Positions 30,560 to 45,964 of a DNA stretch of 64,000 bases are shown in pieces; the stretch's first letter is position 1; the number at the start of each line of letters is the position of its first letter. Origin of the DNA: Octopus vulgaris (lineage: Eukaryota). A program made the translations under genes and the position numbers. Under the pieces are notes generated by a model that was not told the DNA's origin, did not search any database, and worked only from the letters and a program-made list of their open reading frames with translations. The stretch is from assembly GCA_951406725.2 (NCBI GenBank), contig OX597829.1, positions 5,642,001 to 5,706,000 on the forward strand, written 5' to 3'.

Positions 30560-33500
30560 AGTGATGGTGTCACAATCAAAAGACTGGTTATTGCGCAACC
30601 TGATAATCGCTACCTCATATGAGTGACAACGAAAAAACAAAATATTGTGAATAACGGTGGTAACGAAGCTGAAGCCAATGATGGTGACAGTGTTACACTC
30701 GGTCGGCTCAGAGGTTCTGGTCCGGCTCCAGCCTGTCGATATCCAGAAATGGACCACCACAAACGGCGAAGATGGAGCAGGCAAATTAATGCTGTGGTCA
30801 TGGAGTGTTACTACACGAGCAGCCTGGTAGATGAAAATGGTGTTCAAATTAGGGGTTAATGTATGTATGACCATTGGAAAGAAAAGGGATAGTTTCAACA
30901 CACGGAACAAAGACTGTGTGATCAAGCTAGAGCAATAAGGAAAAATTGTTGGTTCACAGAAGTAGAGCTCGAAGTTATCAAAAGACGGGTCACGGAAAAT
31001 AGCAGCAGAGATAACAATGAAAATACAGTTCTTATTAATAAGAGTAATATCATAGCACAGGTAAGGAGCAGTGGTAGTTTACTTGATGAGATACATATAG
31101 ATGATCTAAAAGAAGACAATAAAACTAATGGCGACATGACAGATGAACAAAACGCAATCTACGACATAATAAAGTCAAGACTACAGGAGAACGATAGCGA
31201 CATTATTTGCAACCTTAAGAAGGTTGATCGATAGAAATTGAACCAAGAAAAGAAAAATGTCAATGAAATTCTGAAATACATCAGAAGAAAAAATATCACA
31301 GAAACAAATAATTTGATCAAGGCAGCTAGTATTGTTGTAGCAGAAAACATGAGAAACGTAATGGGAGTGACAAAAGAAAGGATCCATAGTGGAAAAGAAG
31401 AATCTAGGCAGGGTTAAACATGCTCTCGAAGGAAAACTCTGTGTTAGACCGAAAAGAGAAAGGGGAACTTAAAAGCGAAAAAAATACAGGGCACTGAAAA
31501 GGAAGTGTAATATAGAGAGAAAGGGCCTGAAAATAGTAGTGGAGGAACTGGAACAGCGCCTCGTTGCAAAGAACGCAAAGATGGTAAGATACGACTAAAG
31601 AATGAAGGGTTGCTACCAGAATAGGTTATTCAGAGTAGATCAGAAGAGTTTCTATAAAGAAATAAATGGAGGGTGTACAGATGAAAAGTTGATACCAGAT
31701 AACATTGAAAGTCAAAGGTTTTGGAGTGACATCTGGAGTAAAGACAAGGAGCACAAGAAGGATGCTGAATGGTTGCAAGAACTAAAACAAACAGTAGTCT
31801 GCCCCAAACAGACAGAACTAGGGAAGTGAAGGAAATCAGCAAAAAAAAAAAAAAAATTAGCAACTCGAAGGCCCCGGGACCAGATGGAGTTCAAGGCTAC
31901 TGGATCAAAGGATTTGGTGAATGTCATGCACGAATATCTGCGCAACTCAGCACCATGTTAAATTCCGACCAAGGAACACCAGAGTGGTTGACATTGGGTA
32001 GGACAATGCTGTGCCTGAAAAACATCTAAAAAGGCAAAACGGTAGATTATTACAGGCCGATATCCTGTTTGCCACTCATGTGGAAGTTATTGACTGGAAT
32101 ACTCACAGAGTTAATGTCCGAACATCTGGAAAAAAATGGAGTCCTGCCACATGAGCAGAAGGGTTGCAAGCGTAAGTGATAGACAAAACTGTACTTACAG
32201 ACTGCAGGAGGAGGAAAAGTAACTTAGCCATGTCATGGATGGACTATCGTAAAGCGTATGATATGATTCCACATTCTTGGATTATGGAGTGTATGAACCT
32301 ATTTGGTATTGCATCGAATGTTGAGCGATTGCTTGGAAAAAGTATGACGAATTGGAGGACGGATCTGACAGCATACGGAAGAAGTTTACGGACAGTAGAA
32401 ATTAGGAGGGGCATTTTCCAAGGGGTCTGCCTGTCCCCAATGTTCTTTGTACTCTGCTTGATACCACTAACTCTGATTCTGAGGAAAGCAAAAGCTGGGT
32501 ATGTTTTCAAAAGCCGCCAGCAAAAAGTCAACCATTTGTTATTCATGGATGACTTCAAACTTTATGGTAAAGATGAAGCCCAAGTCAGTTCTATCGTTGA
32601 TACGGTGTATACATTCAATGCTGAGTTCGGACTGAGAAAGTGTGGTGTGTTTGTCTTGAAGAGAGGCAAAATCAAAAGAAGCAGATAGAAGAAACGAGCT
32701 ATAAGTACTTGGGGATTTTGGAAATGGATAAATTGATGGAGAAAGAAATGACAGAACAAGTTAAGGTGGAGACAGAATAAGATCGAAGCTATCAACACCT
32801 GGGCTGTTTTACTCCTTAGATGTGGAGCAGGAGCAATCGCATGGACAGAAGACGAACTAAGCAGTTTAGACAGAAAGACAAGGAAGTTGCTAACTAGATA
32901 TGGAATACTCCATCCAAAAGGTGGCACAGATAGACTTTATGAACCAAGAAAAAGAGGGGGAAGTGGACTCATTGGATGCGAACACAGCATTCGAGCAGAA
33001 GAAAACAAAATAGCATAGTATGTAAAAACAAAATACCTCAGAACCGCTATTATTGGAAGGTCAGGTTTTTGTAAGCTGGAAGATTGCAAAGATAAAGCAC
33101 TGTACAAGAAATTGAAAACGAATGAAACTGAAAATAGGTGGGTAAAGAAAAGAATGCATGGACAATTTCATAGGGATGTTGAAGATAAGAGAGACAGAGA
33201 AAAAAGATGTCTGTGGATGACTAAAAGTGATTTAAAACCGGAAACGGAGGCTCTAATATGTGCTGCCCAAGAGCAAGCACTAAGAACAAACTACATAAAA
33301 TACAGAATAGACAACACATCAGAAAGTGATAAATGCAGAATCTGTGGACAAAATGGTGAAACCGTATGGCATATTACCAGCCAATGTACGCCAATAGACC
33401 AGAAGGAATATAAGAGAGGCCACGAAAATATAGCCAGGCTTGTCCATTGGACACTTTGCAACAAGTATGGACTTGACAGATCGAAAAATTGGTACGATCA

Positions 33501-33987
33501 CAAACCTGAAGGCATCGTCAAAAATATAAATACATAGATACTATGGGATTTTATTATTCAGGGCGACAATCACATAAAGAATAGAAAGCCGGGCATAGTC
33601 TTAATTGAGAAAGAAAACAAACTATATTGGATCATAGATATAGCATGCCCAACTGATAAAAAGGTATGTGATAAGGATGAAAGAAAAGTCGAGAGATATG
33701 ACAGGTTAGCTTGGGAGGTTAAGCAGTTGTGGTCGATAAAAAAGGTAGCAGTAGTACCAAAAATTGCTGGAGTCTTGGGAACAGTGAGCAAAAATATCGA
33801 GAAGTACGTGGAACAAACAGGAGCTGCGATAAGGTTGAAGCACCTGCAGAAAACAGCACTGCTTGGAACCCTACGAATACTCCGATGGTGCTCGAAAAAT
33901 AAGGGGTGTTACCTTAGTTCACTGGTAGTAAACAACTGACACTGTAGTACATCTCTAGCGTTAGAAGCTCTGCAAAGGCTATAAATG
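30560..33987 (+). mobile_element. Near full-length, disrupted R4/Dong-clade non-LTR retrotransposon (RT + CCHC + RLE)
   Basis: N-term RRRWSRQINAVVMECYY; RT motifs [45 protein letters not shown]; CRICGQNGETVWHITSQC; RKPGIVL..IIDIACP; ends in (TAA)n. Multiple stops and frameshifts; 5' boundary approximate. Confidence 0.9.
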
Positions 33988-34074
<87 letters not shown>

Positions 34075-34181
34075 GTAATAATAATTAAAAAAATAAATAA
34101 ATAATAATAATAATAATAATAATATTTACCCCAGTGTCACTTTGATGGCATGAACTGCTCTCTCACTCAATAATAATAATA

Positions 34182-34371
<190 letters not shown>

Positions 34372-34420
34372 TACTAATAATAATAATAATAATAATAATA
34401 TTAATAATAATAATAATCAT

Positions 34421-34977
34421 AAATGCCCTGATGCAGTACCAGGCAGTGGCTCTCATGGCTTCTGATCTTAACTGATTGGAAGTGTTATCATGTACATCGT
34501 TTTGTCTTGGTATAAAAGATGGGCTACAGCAAATATTCTGCTCAATACCACAGATTTGCTTGTCAGTTGTTTGACCATAACCAGTTGAGCATGTCCCTTA
34601 GTGGCTGACGATATGTGCATCTGTGATCACGAGCAGAAGTAGTGGGGGAGCATCATAGCCATGTGTTGAGAGGGATTCTTTGGGGTTTGAATAATTCACC
34701 TCTGGAAACATGGGTGGTTCTTTCAACATCCTTAAGCAACCCTTATTCAGGGACCGTTTGAGCGGGATGGGCTATTCGATCAGAAGAAAATTCTAACTGG
34801 GCCCCACCTGCAAGGTCATGTGCTGTTTATCTTGTATGAGATCACCATGTCGCGCACATATGGTTGTGATGCATGTGCCTAGTGTACCCTTATCAGACGA
34901 GTAGTCATGGTGGGTATATTGGGCTTCGTATATTTTACCCCAGTGTCACTTTGATGGCATGCTCTGCTCGCTCACTC
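34421..34977 (+). mobile_element. ~555-bp non-coding interspersed element in (TAA)n tracts
   Basis: AATGCCCTGATGCAGTACC...CTCACTC; further copies at 45466, 51616 and a 3'-only copy at 34122-34168. Confidence 0.85.
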
Positions 34978-35477
34978 AATAATAATAATAATAATGATGA
35001 TGATGATGATGATGATGACGACGACGACGACAACGAAAACAACGATGGCAACGACGACGATGATGATGATAATTTTTAACATCCTCCTCCTCCACATCAT
35101 CATCATCATCATCATCGGTAGTAGTAGTAGTAGTAGGAGTAGTAGTAGTAGTAGTAGCTGCAGTAACGGTAACAATGTATATTGTATGACAGACACAATA
35201 TCCATTCTGACTGTGGCTGTAACAGAGATATACTTTCATATTTTTAAGAAACACTAGAGTCCGGGCGTTGCCGCCGGTCCGGTCCGCCACCCACCATAAT
35301 TCATATACGATTGTCTTTCCTGGGATGAGACGATCGAGTGAAAACGACTGACTCATCCAAGGAATGAAACCAGACAACTGAAAGCAATCCCTGGATCAAC
35401 GATCAGCGAACAATAGTGGTAGGCGTAGTTTAACAATACTTATTGTTCATATATACACAAATAGATTACATACGCAC

Positions 35478-35666
<189 letters not shown>

Positions 35667-35903
35667 ATGGAAATACCTATATACATAAATATACTAATAC
35701 TTACACAAGTACATGCGCACGCGAACGAGCATATACAAACGCATACACACACGTATGTATGTACAAGCGCATGTGTATGAGGTGTGAGTGTGTGTACGTC
35801 TATATATCTATGTGTGCTCATGCATTAGCGTATGCAAGTTTTGTATGTATAGACATCTTAGGTACTCGCCATTGATGTAATAAACAATAGAAGTACGTTT
35901 CGT

Positions 35904-36011
<108 letters not shown>

Positions 36012-36259
36012 GTTCTTCTTCTTTCAAAGGAAATTATTATTATTATTGTTGTTGTTGTTATTGTTGTTGTTGTTGTTGTTGTTCTTCTTCTTCTTCTTCT
36101 TCTTCTTCTTCTTCTTCTTTTTCTTCTTCTTCTTATTATTATTATTAATACCGGTGTTGTTATTGTTGCATTAGATATACATAAATATAAGGAGACATGT
36201 ACGTCCACATGTATGTGTGTATAAATAATGTATCTATATCTATGTATGTATATATGTGC

Positions 36260-36292
<33 letters not shown>

Positions 36293-36543
36293 AACATATA
36301 TGTATATATATACAAACATATATGTATATATATATATGAGTGTGTGTGTGTGTATACATACTTACACACATATACACACATTGTATATAAGTATACATTT
36401 TTATATACGTGTGATATATTCGCGACAGTTGTGTATTTGTGTATGTATATAAAGGTATTTATTTCCTATTGTATAAACATACGTTTGAACGGTTATGCAT
36501 TTACTATGCCTTTATTTATAAGTATATATAAGCGTGTATATTG

Positions 36544-36589
<46 letters not shown>

Positions 36590-36883
36590 GTGTGAAAATG
36601 CGAGTGTGTGAGCGCGAACGCGTGTTCTGGATATGTTTGTCTGAATGTTATATCACAATGAATATGTAAAGGTATTTCCTAAGACATGTGTGTTTGTACA
36701 TTCAAGCATTTAACGTACCTTCATTAATCAGTATGTATAAGCTTGTATTTTCCCTTTATACACAGCGGAGCATACACACACAGTAAATCAGACACACACA
36801 TATAGACACATATGTGTGTCTAAAAGCAAAATATATACTAGTACGCACACACACACACACACACACAAACACATGTATGTATG

Positions 36884-36930
<47 letters not shown>

Positions 36931-37028
36931 ACCTATACATATGTATATATGTGTGTGAATTGGTAAGTATATCCGAATATATACATCCATACATCATACA
37001 TTGATTAATATAAACAGATGTGTATGTG

Positions 37029-37075
<47 letters not shown>

Positions 37076-37490
37076 GAAGCTCACATACAGAAATGCATGC
37101 ATACTTATAGGTGCACATATACACACATACATACATATCATGTATACGCGTAGCCTATATCCATATATCCAATTATATATTATATAGACATACATACAAA
37201 CATAACTTTTATATACGTATGAGTTTATGTATATGTATATGTATATATGTCTGTATGTATGCTTGCATGAATGCATATGTGTATTGTGTATATATGGCAC
37301 AGTAAACAACAATGGTAATAACAAGCAAGTAGTTGTCGACTAAAATAAAGACACACAGACTTGTCGATTGCCGCAAATATATCTGACGTAGTTATCAGTC
37401 CGGCTTTGCTATCATTCTGAGGATTACGATAATCCACCCATTTTGATGTTGAGTTGGTATAGGATAGGGGTGTTTTCTGCAGTTGTTTAC

Positions 37491-37545
<55 letters not shown>

Positions 37546-37727
37546 CACATGCACAACAGACACATATGCACATATATACACACACACACAAACACATACA
37601 TATACAAATACATGTGTATATGTACGTAGGCATACAGATATATATTTACATATACTTATGCATATGTATGTATATATAAATATATATATATGTGTGTGTG
37701 TGTGTGCGTGTTTGTGTATGTGTGTGC

Positions 37728-37758
<31 letters not shown>

Positions 37759-37953
37759 ACACACGTCTGCACATCTGCACATGATACCTGTGTGTTTATA
37801 TAATTTTATAGATATATTTGAATTTATATCTAAGTATACATTTCTATGTATTATATATGTATTATATTTTATCTAATAATATAGGTATTATATATATATG
37901 TGTATATGTATAAATAAATGTATACTAAATTTTGTATAAGCAGGAGTGATTTG

Positions 37954-38018
<65 letters not shown>

Positions 38019-38474
38019 GGTATATATATATATATATATATATAGCTAGCTTGCTGGAGAATACACACACACACGCACATACACGTGCACTTATATGTAA
38101 TGAATATTTTTCAGCGTGCTTATTTATGTATACATGTATATGTATATATGTGTATATGTATATATGTGTATACATGTATACGTGTATATGTGTATATGCA
38201 TGCACGTGTACGTAGTTGGGAGCAGTCGCAATTCCTTGGTCGCATGTTCAACTGCGTCCGCAGTTGTAAGAATTTTGGTATTGCCATTTGGATGTATGTT
38301 TCCCTTATTGTCATTGTTCTCTACGGTGTGGCCCAATATCTCAAGAATTTAGACGAAGGTGTGCAATAAGTGAACCTGGTCGCAGCTCTCCAGATATTTA
38401 CTCGCCTGTCTGCTTGCCTGCCTACCTACTCACCCCACTGTCTACCTACCTACCTGCTTCCTTGTCTTCCTGCC

Positions 38475-39330
38475 TGCCACCTACCTACCTACCTGCCTAC
38501 CTACCTACCTACCTACCTACCTACCTACCTACCTACCTACCTACATACCTACCTACCTACCTACCTACCTACCTACCTACCTACCTACCTACCTACCTAC
38601 CTACCTACCTACCTACCTACCTACCTACCTACCTACCTACCTACCTACCTACCTACCTACCTACCTACCTACCTACCTACCTACCTACCTGCCTACCTAC
38701 ATACCTACATACCTACCTACCTACCTACCTACATACCTACCTACCTACCTACCTACCTACCTACCTACCTACCTACCTACATACCTACATACCTACCTAC
38801 CTACCTACCTACCTACCTACCTACCTACCTACCTACCTACATACCTACCTACCTACCTGCCTACCTACCTACCTACCTACCTACCTACCTACCTACCTAC
38901 CTACCTACATACATACATACCTACCTACCTACCTACCTACCTACCTACCTACCTACCTACCTACCTACCTACATACCTACCTACCTACCTACCTACATAC
39001 CTACCTACCTACCTACCTACATACCTACCTACCTACCTACCTACCTACCTGCCTACATACCTACCTACCTACCTACCTACCTACCTACCTACCTACCTAC
39101 CTACCTACCTGCCTACCTACCTACCTACCTACCTACCTACCTACCTACCTACCAACCTACCTACCTACCTACCTACGATATGTTGTTGCTAAAGGTCTGT
39201 TGGTAAAGCAGCTTATCAACCTACCTACCTACCTACCTACCTACCTACCTACCTACCTACCTACCTACCTACCTACCTACCTACCTACCTACCTACCTAC
39301 CTACCTACCTACCTACCTACCTACCTACGA
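38475..39330. repeat. (CCTA)n microsatellite
   Basis: Direct reading. Confidence 0.95.
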
Positions 39331-39641
39331 TATGTTGTTGCTGAAGGTCTGTTGGTAAAGCAGCTTATCAACAAAACTCCAGCTGAAATACATCGCTTGA
39401 TACACTCAGTAGCTACTACAAACTCGTAAGCCATGAAACACATGTAGGATGCTCTTGAAGTCGAGAATTTGTGTTTACGGAGACAATATTTATATACCGC
39501 ATGAGGAAATACAACTAGATCTCATAATGTAAGGAAATAGTTACGTAAACCCACAAAACTACGATACGTAGAAACAATTGTAGTGATTGCAAATAAATGT
39601 GCTTCCGTAGTCCAGCTTGTTGATACCAATATATTTAATTA

Positions 39642-39674
<33 letters not shown>

Positions 39675-39676
<2 letters not shown>

Positions 39677-39947
39677 CAATTGCAGCGTGGAAGGTGTTTA
39701 TAAGTCATTTAAGAAACACAGAAAAACCGTTAGATTCACGTCAACATTTAAATTCAATTTGTCAAAATATTTTCCTCGCTTTCAGACCGCGACCTGTTCA
39801 CTAACAAAGCTTCGTGGTTAGTGAAGAGGTCGCGGTCTGAAAGTGACGAAAATATTTTGACAAATTGAATTTAAATGTTGACGTGAATCTAACGGTTTTT
39901 CTGTGTTCCTTAAATGGCTTATAAACACCTTCCACGCTGCAATTGTT
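39675..39947. repeat. Fold-back inverted repeat, 131-bp arms, 11-nt spacer
   Basis: 39675-39805 pairs with 39817-39947 with few mismatches. Confidence 0.92.
39758..39808 (-). ncRNA. Minimal type-I hammerhead fold with G3:C8 core
   Basis: Minus strand TTTGTTA-GTGAACA-G-GTCGC GGTCTGAAA GCGAG-GAA-AATATT-T-TGACAAA; sister copy on + at 39817-39861. Confidence 0.65.
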
Positions 39948-40051
39948 TTCGTTCCAGCACACGATCTCAGATCAAGTCACTCGCTATGCAAGTACATCTC
40001 CGTAATATATATATGCATATATACATACACACACACACATACGCACGCACG

Positions 40052-40100
<49 letters not shown>

Positions 40101-40102
<2 letters not shown>

Positions 40103-41119
40103 TTTGTTGGAATTTACACAAAAAAAGACGAAGACGGGTGTATAAACAACAAACAGGTGTATTAGTTTAACGCTCGGGAAGGTGAGAAAGTCTTTTACGT
40201 TTCGAGCCTACGTTCTTCAACAGAAAGGAGCACAAGAAAATAAACAGAGAAAGAATAAAAAACAAGTTATGTGGCTAGCGGTCGATTATGGCGGTTGGCT
40301 GGACAGAGGTGGTCAGACAGGTGACCTAGGATGAAGGGGAGATAATAAAGTAATGTCGATCCCAAAATGAAGGTGCGCGTGCATGTGTAAGTATGTACGT
40401 GTGGATTGGGGCTGGTGACCTTGACGTGTGGATGTCTGCATGTGTATGTGTGTGGATGATGGTGTGGGTGCTGGAAAGTGGTCTGTGCTAGGGTGTGCAA
40501 GGTGATGGGATGTGGTAAGTTAGTGTGGTGATGTGTGTTGTGTGTTGTGTTGTGATGTGATGGTATGGTGTGGTGTAGTGGTGAGGGGTGTGTTGGTGTT
40601 GGAGTGTGGGGGATGCGAGGGTGGCTGTGGGTTTGGGGTGAGGGTAGAGTGTGATATGTGGGAGTGAAGTGTGAGGGTGGGATAGTAGGATTGGGATGTT
40701 TTAGGATGGTGGGGTTGGGATGTGTAGGATGGGGTGTGGATGGAGGGGGTAACGATGAAGGGAGAAGGTGGTTAAGAGTGAAGAGAGGAAGTAGGTGTCA
40801 GGGGAAGTGAAGTTGGTGTGAGATGAACAGAGGAGAGAGGAGGGGAGGAAAGTTGAGTGCATGTGGCGCAAAGGAGCGAAGAGAGAAGATTAATTCCTGT
40901 TCACGGTGAAGGCGGGAGTCCAGATGACCCCTGTGCAAAGACAATCCTAACACAGACAGATGTTGTAATGAATAACCGATAGAGCAGAAATGGTGCGAGA
41001 CCGGAGTATCGTTGTCGAGTCTAATGTCTCGGAGGTGTTCCGCGAAACGTTCAGCAAAACGGCGTCACATTTGACCGATATATAGAAAAGGATAGAAAGA
41101 GTAGGAGATGCAGTATATA

Positions 41120-41125
<6 letters not shown>
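40101..41125 (-). mobile_element. Penelope-like element 3' part: GIY-YIG endonuclease plus terminal repeat
   Basis: Minus frame ~41115-40850: IYCISYSFYPFLYIGQM*RRFAERFAEHLRDIR..TPVSHHF...RLHREQELIFSLRSFAPHALN. Confidence 0.88.
40192..40227 (-). ncRNA. Hammerhead-like motif, A6U variant with extra A
   Basis: CTTT-CTGTTGA-A-GAAC GTAG GCTC-GAA-ACGT-A-AAAG, downstream of the GIY-YIG stop. Confidence 0.5.
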
Positions 41126-41185
<60 letters not shown>

Positions 41186-43289
41186 ATATATACTGCATCT
41201 CCTGCTCTTTCTATCCGCATATATGGGTACGGGACACCAAAAAACGTCGAACACAATGAGAAACGAAAACACAAAACCAAGGAAGTGGACATTTTTCTTA
41301 AACAACAAAAAATAGACTACAGGACAAATAACACAAGGAAAATTCCCCTTCTTCAGTCGCCATGGTTTTATCTTCTCTGCGTTTCGAAGGTGAATGCGAT
41401 ACTCATCTTCGATAGAAACTTTCCTTCCCGCGAAAAGCAAATTAAATAAAATTTGAGATCTTTTTGCGGAGGGGTAAAAATGGTGACAAAAACAGGACCG
41501 TAACAACAGTACAAAATATAAAGAGTAAAAGACAGGACAAGGAGAATAACAAGACAAGAAGGGCTGTTAAGCCGAATGAGAAAAAGTATTACGAACGCTA
41601 CTTTTGAGAACGGCGAAGGAGCAACAGAAAATGTCGTCCACACTTCAAGGAAGTCAGGCCAGATAGACAGTAGCAGAGCTCCCGTCACGGGTCAACGACG
41701 GGAGGGATGAGGAGGAGCAAGAGAAAGGGAGAGATAAAAAGGGAATAGTTGTGAGGAAACCAGAAAGAATGAAGAATGAGAGAGAGGGAAAGACAGTAAG
41801 GTAGAAGAAAAGGAAACCAGAAAGAATGAAGGCTGAGAAAGGGAGGGGACAGAAAGGTCAAGAGTGCGCATCATTATTAATATCAAGAACAATCTTACTT
41901 AGAAATGGATGCGTGCGTTCCGTCATATAATAAATTGATAAATAAAACATATGCATATATACATACATACATACATATATGTACGTACCTACCTCTACAT
42001 GTATATATGTATATACATAAATATATATTTAAGTAAGTAAATAGATGTGTGTATGTGTGTGTATGCACGCGCGTGTGTACGTGCGTACATGCGTGTATGC
42101 AAATAAAGCTTTTTCACATTACTTAATGATTCGTGATTGTAGATATAGATTCTCGGCTTCAAACGTACGAACTCGTAGAAAAGACTTAAATATTATTTCA
42201 GTGTGAGCATATTTGTTGACAGACCCCTGTTTGTCCGTTCAGGTCACGTGAATTAATAAAACAGCAGAATTAGGTAAGTTTGTATATATGCTGCCTTGCT
42301 TTAGAAGACACTGTCCTGTGGCGTAAGGCTGTGAAGATGAACCTATTCATGTAGTCAGAAAATTTCTGTCCCCGATGAGGAAGCATTTACCAAGTAACTA
42401 TAAATATCGTAAACTTTTTATTCCCCATAATTTTGGGCTTAGCTACTTATGCTTGGATAATATGGCTTTCAATACGCACAAATAACAAAGTCGTTTCTCA
42501 ATTATTTTCGCTTAGGAACTTATCAATTTTCATGCACACGCGCACGCACACGCACTTATAAACAGTAGATAGATGGCATGAAGATAAGTAAAAAAAATTT
42601 CTATGTAAGCGAGATATTTAATTAACGAATTAACAGTGGCCTGTGCGAATTAATCAAATAGGAATTGACTTGAAATATAGTACACACAGTGAAAAGGTAT
42701 ATTTGTCACAATTTTCTCTGTAGAGTATCGAGATATTGTGAGTAATGTCGTCAATCACTAGTAAATTAAAAATCCTAACACGTTTATCCATACAATAATA
42801 TTTTTCTTGAGAATTGTTTCAGCTTATGCAGCAGCCTGAAACGAAAGATCACTAAAAATACAGTATGACATTAAATAAAAGCAACGAAAATTCACGTATA
42901 ATTACATACAGTATGCATACAACCTATGAATGGCTGCTAGTTTATTATTTCCTCAGAAATAACCCCCAAAATGTGATGGGAAATTTAAATCAATGAAAAT
43001 AGAAGCTAATAGAATTCATTTTACATCAATTTCTTTGATTAATGAACGACGTTTTTCTGAAAACTTCTTATAAGCATTTCGTTTTTCTATTTGGTTTTAC
43101 AAGGTTCTTGATGTGAATTCGTGCGCTGCACTAAATCTTGTGTCTTGGGAGGGTCTTTACGCCAATAATAATAAACACACGCGCTGATTCACTATCAGTC
43201 TTTATTGTTATTTAGTCAGTGAAATATCTAACCAACTAACTAATCAATCATTTGTTTAATGTGTTGTTTAAACAAACAATCGGTTGCTT

Positions 43290-44019
43290 GTTTGTCAAGG
43301 TCTTTTTATTGACATGCCATCTCTCTTCAAGGCCTGTAGACTCAATACAGACATTGAAAAGAATGTGACAAGAGAGAATCGTTCGATCCGTGCAAAGCAC
43401 TTGCTAAACAAAAGACCAAGAAACTGGAATGCTTTGATTTTCCTTCGATAAGTAAAACTTTGATCAGGACCAACAGGTAAAATGAAGGAGCGAACGATGA
43501 GGTTCCAACGTTCATGCATATTATGTTCCCAGCAATTATAATGTTTCTGGGATTCATCAGCTTTTTACAAAAAGCCTAAGATTCCATGCCGCTGTCTAGA
43601 GAAAGGTGGTGGTGATAGTTGTGAGGCCTTGGATAGATAGAGTAAGAAAAGGAGAATAGTCTATCATCCAACAAGACTCTGCACCGTCTCAATCGGCTTT
43701 AATAACCTAAGCATGGTGGCGTGCCTAGCCCCATAATCATGTTCACTCAGAAAGGAGGTTTTCCAGCTTAGCAGGCCTCAATCCACTGGACTGTTACGTA
43801 TGGAGCGTAGTCAAGAGAAAGAAAGAAAGAGAGAGAGGGAGAGAGAGAGAGGTGGGGAGAGAACTATAATGCCGTCAAGCCACATAAGACCATCCAAATT
43901 CACAAAACCACCATAATCAGTGCTATGACCAAAATTGATAAAGAAAATCTTAGTCGGGCATATCAACGCTTCGAACTCCCTATTGAAGGAGCAATTGATG
44001 TTAACGGCGGATTCATTAA

Positions 44020-44020
<1 letters not shown>
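43290..44020 (+). mobile_element. Highly decayed DD37D-like transposase remnant
   Basis: IQQDSAPS (~43665) and LNPLDCYVWSVV (~43778), similar to the 439-1319 element. Confidence 0.65.
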
Positions 44021-44050
<30 letters not shown>

Positions 44051-44495
44051 TGTATGTATGTATGTATGTATGTATGTATGTATGTATGTATGTATGTATG
44101 TATGTATGTATGTATGTATGTATGTATGTATGTATGTGTGTGTGTATGTATGTATGTATGTATGTATGTATGTATGTATGTATGTTTGTATGTATGTATG
44201 TGTGTATGCATGTATGTAATGTATGTTTGTATGTATGTATGTATGTATGTGTATGTATGTATGTATGTATTATGTATGTATGTATGTTTGTATGTATGTA
44301 TGTGTGTATGTGTGTATGTATGTATGTATGTATGTTTGTATGTATGTAATGTATGTATGTATGTATGTAATGTATGTTTGTATGTATGTATGTATGTAAT
44401 GTATGTATGTATGTATGTATGTATGTTTATATGTATGTATGTGTGTATGTATGTATGTATGTATGTATGTGTGTGTGTATGTTTGTATGTATGTA
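44021..44495. repeat. (TATG)n microsatellite
   Basis: Direct reading. Confidence 0.95.
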
Positions 44496-45407
44496 TAGGC
44501 ATATTTAGTTGTGTATTAGTGATAAGAAACAACAAACAGGAGAAATGTCGTATATACACATACATAAACACATACATACATACAGACAACCATACATATA
44601 TACACATATACATACATGCATACATACAATATAGACATACAGACATACATGCATACATACATATATATGTGTGTGTATGTGGCACGCGCGCGTCTACCTT
44701 GACGCATTAAAAAAAAAATCAAGTCAGTCCCTGTCGGCCAGTTGGTGAGGCTTTTACACTCCTTCTCCTGTCGGCCAGCTTCTTACAGTCAAGAAGCGCA
44801 TCCAAGATAGCGTTCCGTTCGTCCACCAGAACTAAAGGCTGAGGTGTGCCAAGGAATACTTCTATAGATCCGCAAAAATTCGGCTAACCCACCCCAGCTG
44901 GAGCGTAGATAGCGTCTAGAATAAAACGTCACCTTCGCTACCACCCACGACCAGAACCAACAGTTTCCATTCCTGGTGCATGAAGATCGTCTGTACCTCG
45001 AGATTCAAGTCTTACCTTCACAGCATTCCTACTCTGCCTCCTATTCCTGGTTGACAAAGAGATGCGTAGATCTCAAAGTCATCATAAATGGGGGTCAATA
45101 TGCGCGTGTCGAAATCCTGGTCTCGCTGATGGCTGTCACTTCCATAACTAGTAACCTGAATAAATGGAAGCAATCGTGCTTCCAACATGACACTAGGTCA
45201 CATACATTTATATAACTTACTCTACTAATTACCATGTCTGGAAAAGGTTGAGAAAGAAGAAGAATGGAATTACCTTCCCGGTAAGACGGGGTTCTTTTGG
45301 GGGACCTCTTTATCGTTACAAGAGGATGAAATCTCGGCAGCGGGAAGAAACCGAGTGCTGGATTGCTAGGGTGGTGGTGATGGTGGTGGTGGTGGTGGTG
45401 GTGGTGG

Positions 45408-45462
<55 letters not shown>

Positions 45463-45465
45463 AGT

Positions 45466-45897
45466 AAATGCCCCGATGCAGTACCAGACTGTGGCTCTTA
45501 TGATTTCTGAACACAACTGAAAGTGTTATCATGTACATTGTTTTGTCTTGGTATAGAAGACGGGCTACAGCAAATATTCTGTTCAATACTGCAGGTTTGT
45601 TTGTTAGTTGTTTGACCCTTTGAGCATATCCCTTAGAGGCTGATGATACGTGCATCTTTGATCACAGTGGGGGAGCTTCAAAGCCATGTACTGGGTGGAA
45701 TGTTGTGGATTTGAATAATTCAACCATGTTTCCATAGGTGTTTCGTTCAACAACCTCAAACAATCCTTATTCAGGGACATTTTGAGTTACTCAACCTGAA
45801 GAAAATTCTAACTGGGCCCACCTGCAAGGTCATGCGCTGTTTATCTTGATATGAGATTACCATGTTGCGCAAATATGGTTATGATGCATATGCCTGG

Positions 45898-45964
<67 letters not shown>

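Noticed and set aside
35253-35280. Helitron 3' end (ACTAG plus GC-rich hairpin) on minus strand
   Set aside because: Hairpin imperfect and no matching 5' TC end identified.
41375-41420. Hammerhead-like motif on minus strand (CTATCGA...CTTCGAAACGCA)
   Set aside because: Core too degenerate and the hairpin overlaps core positions.
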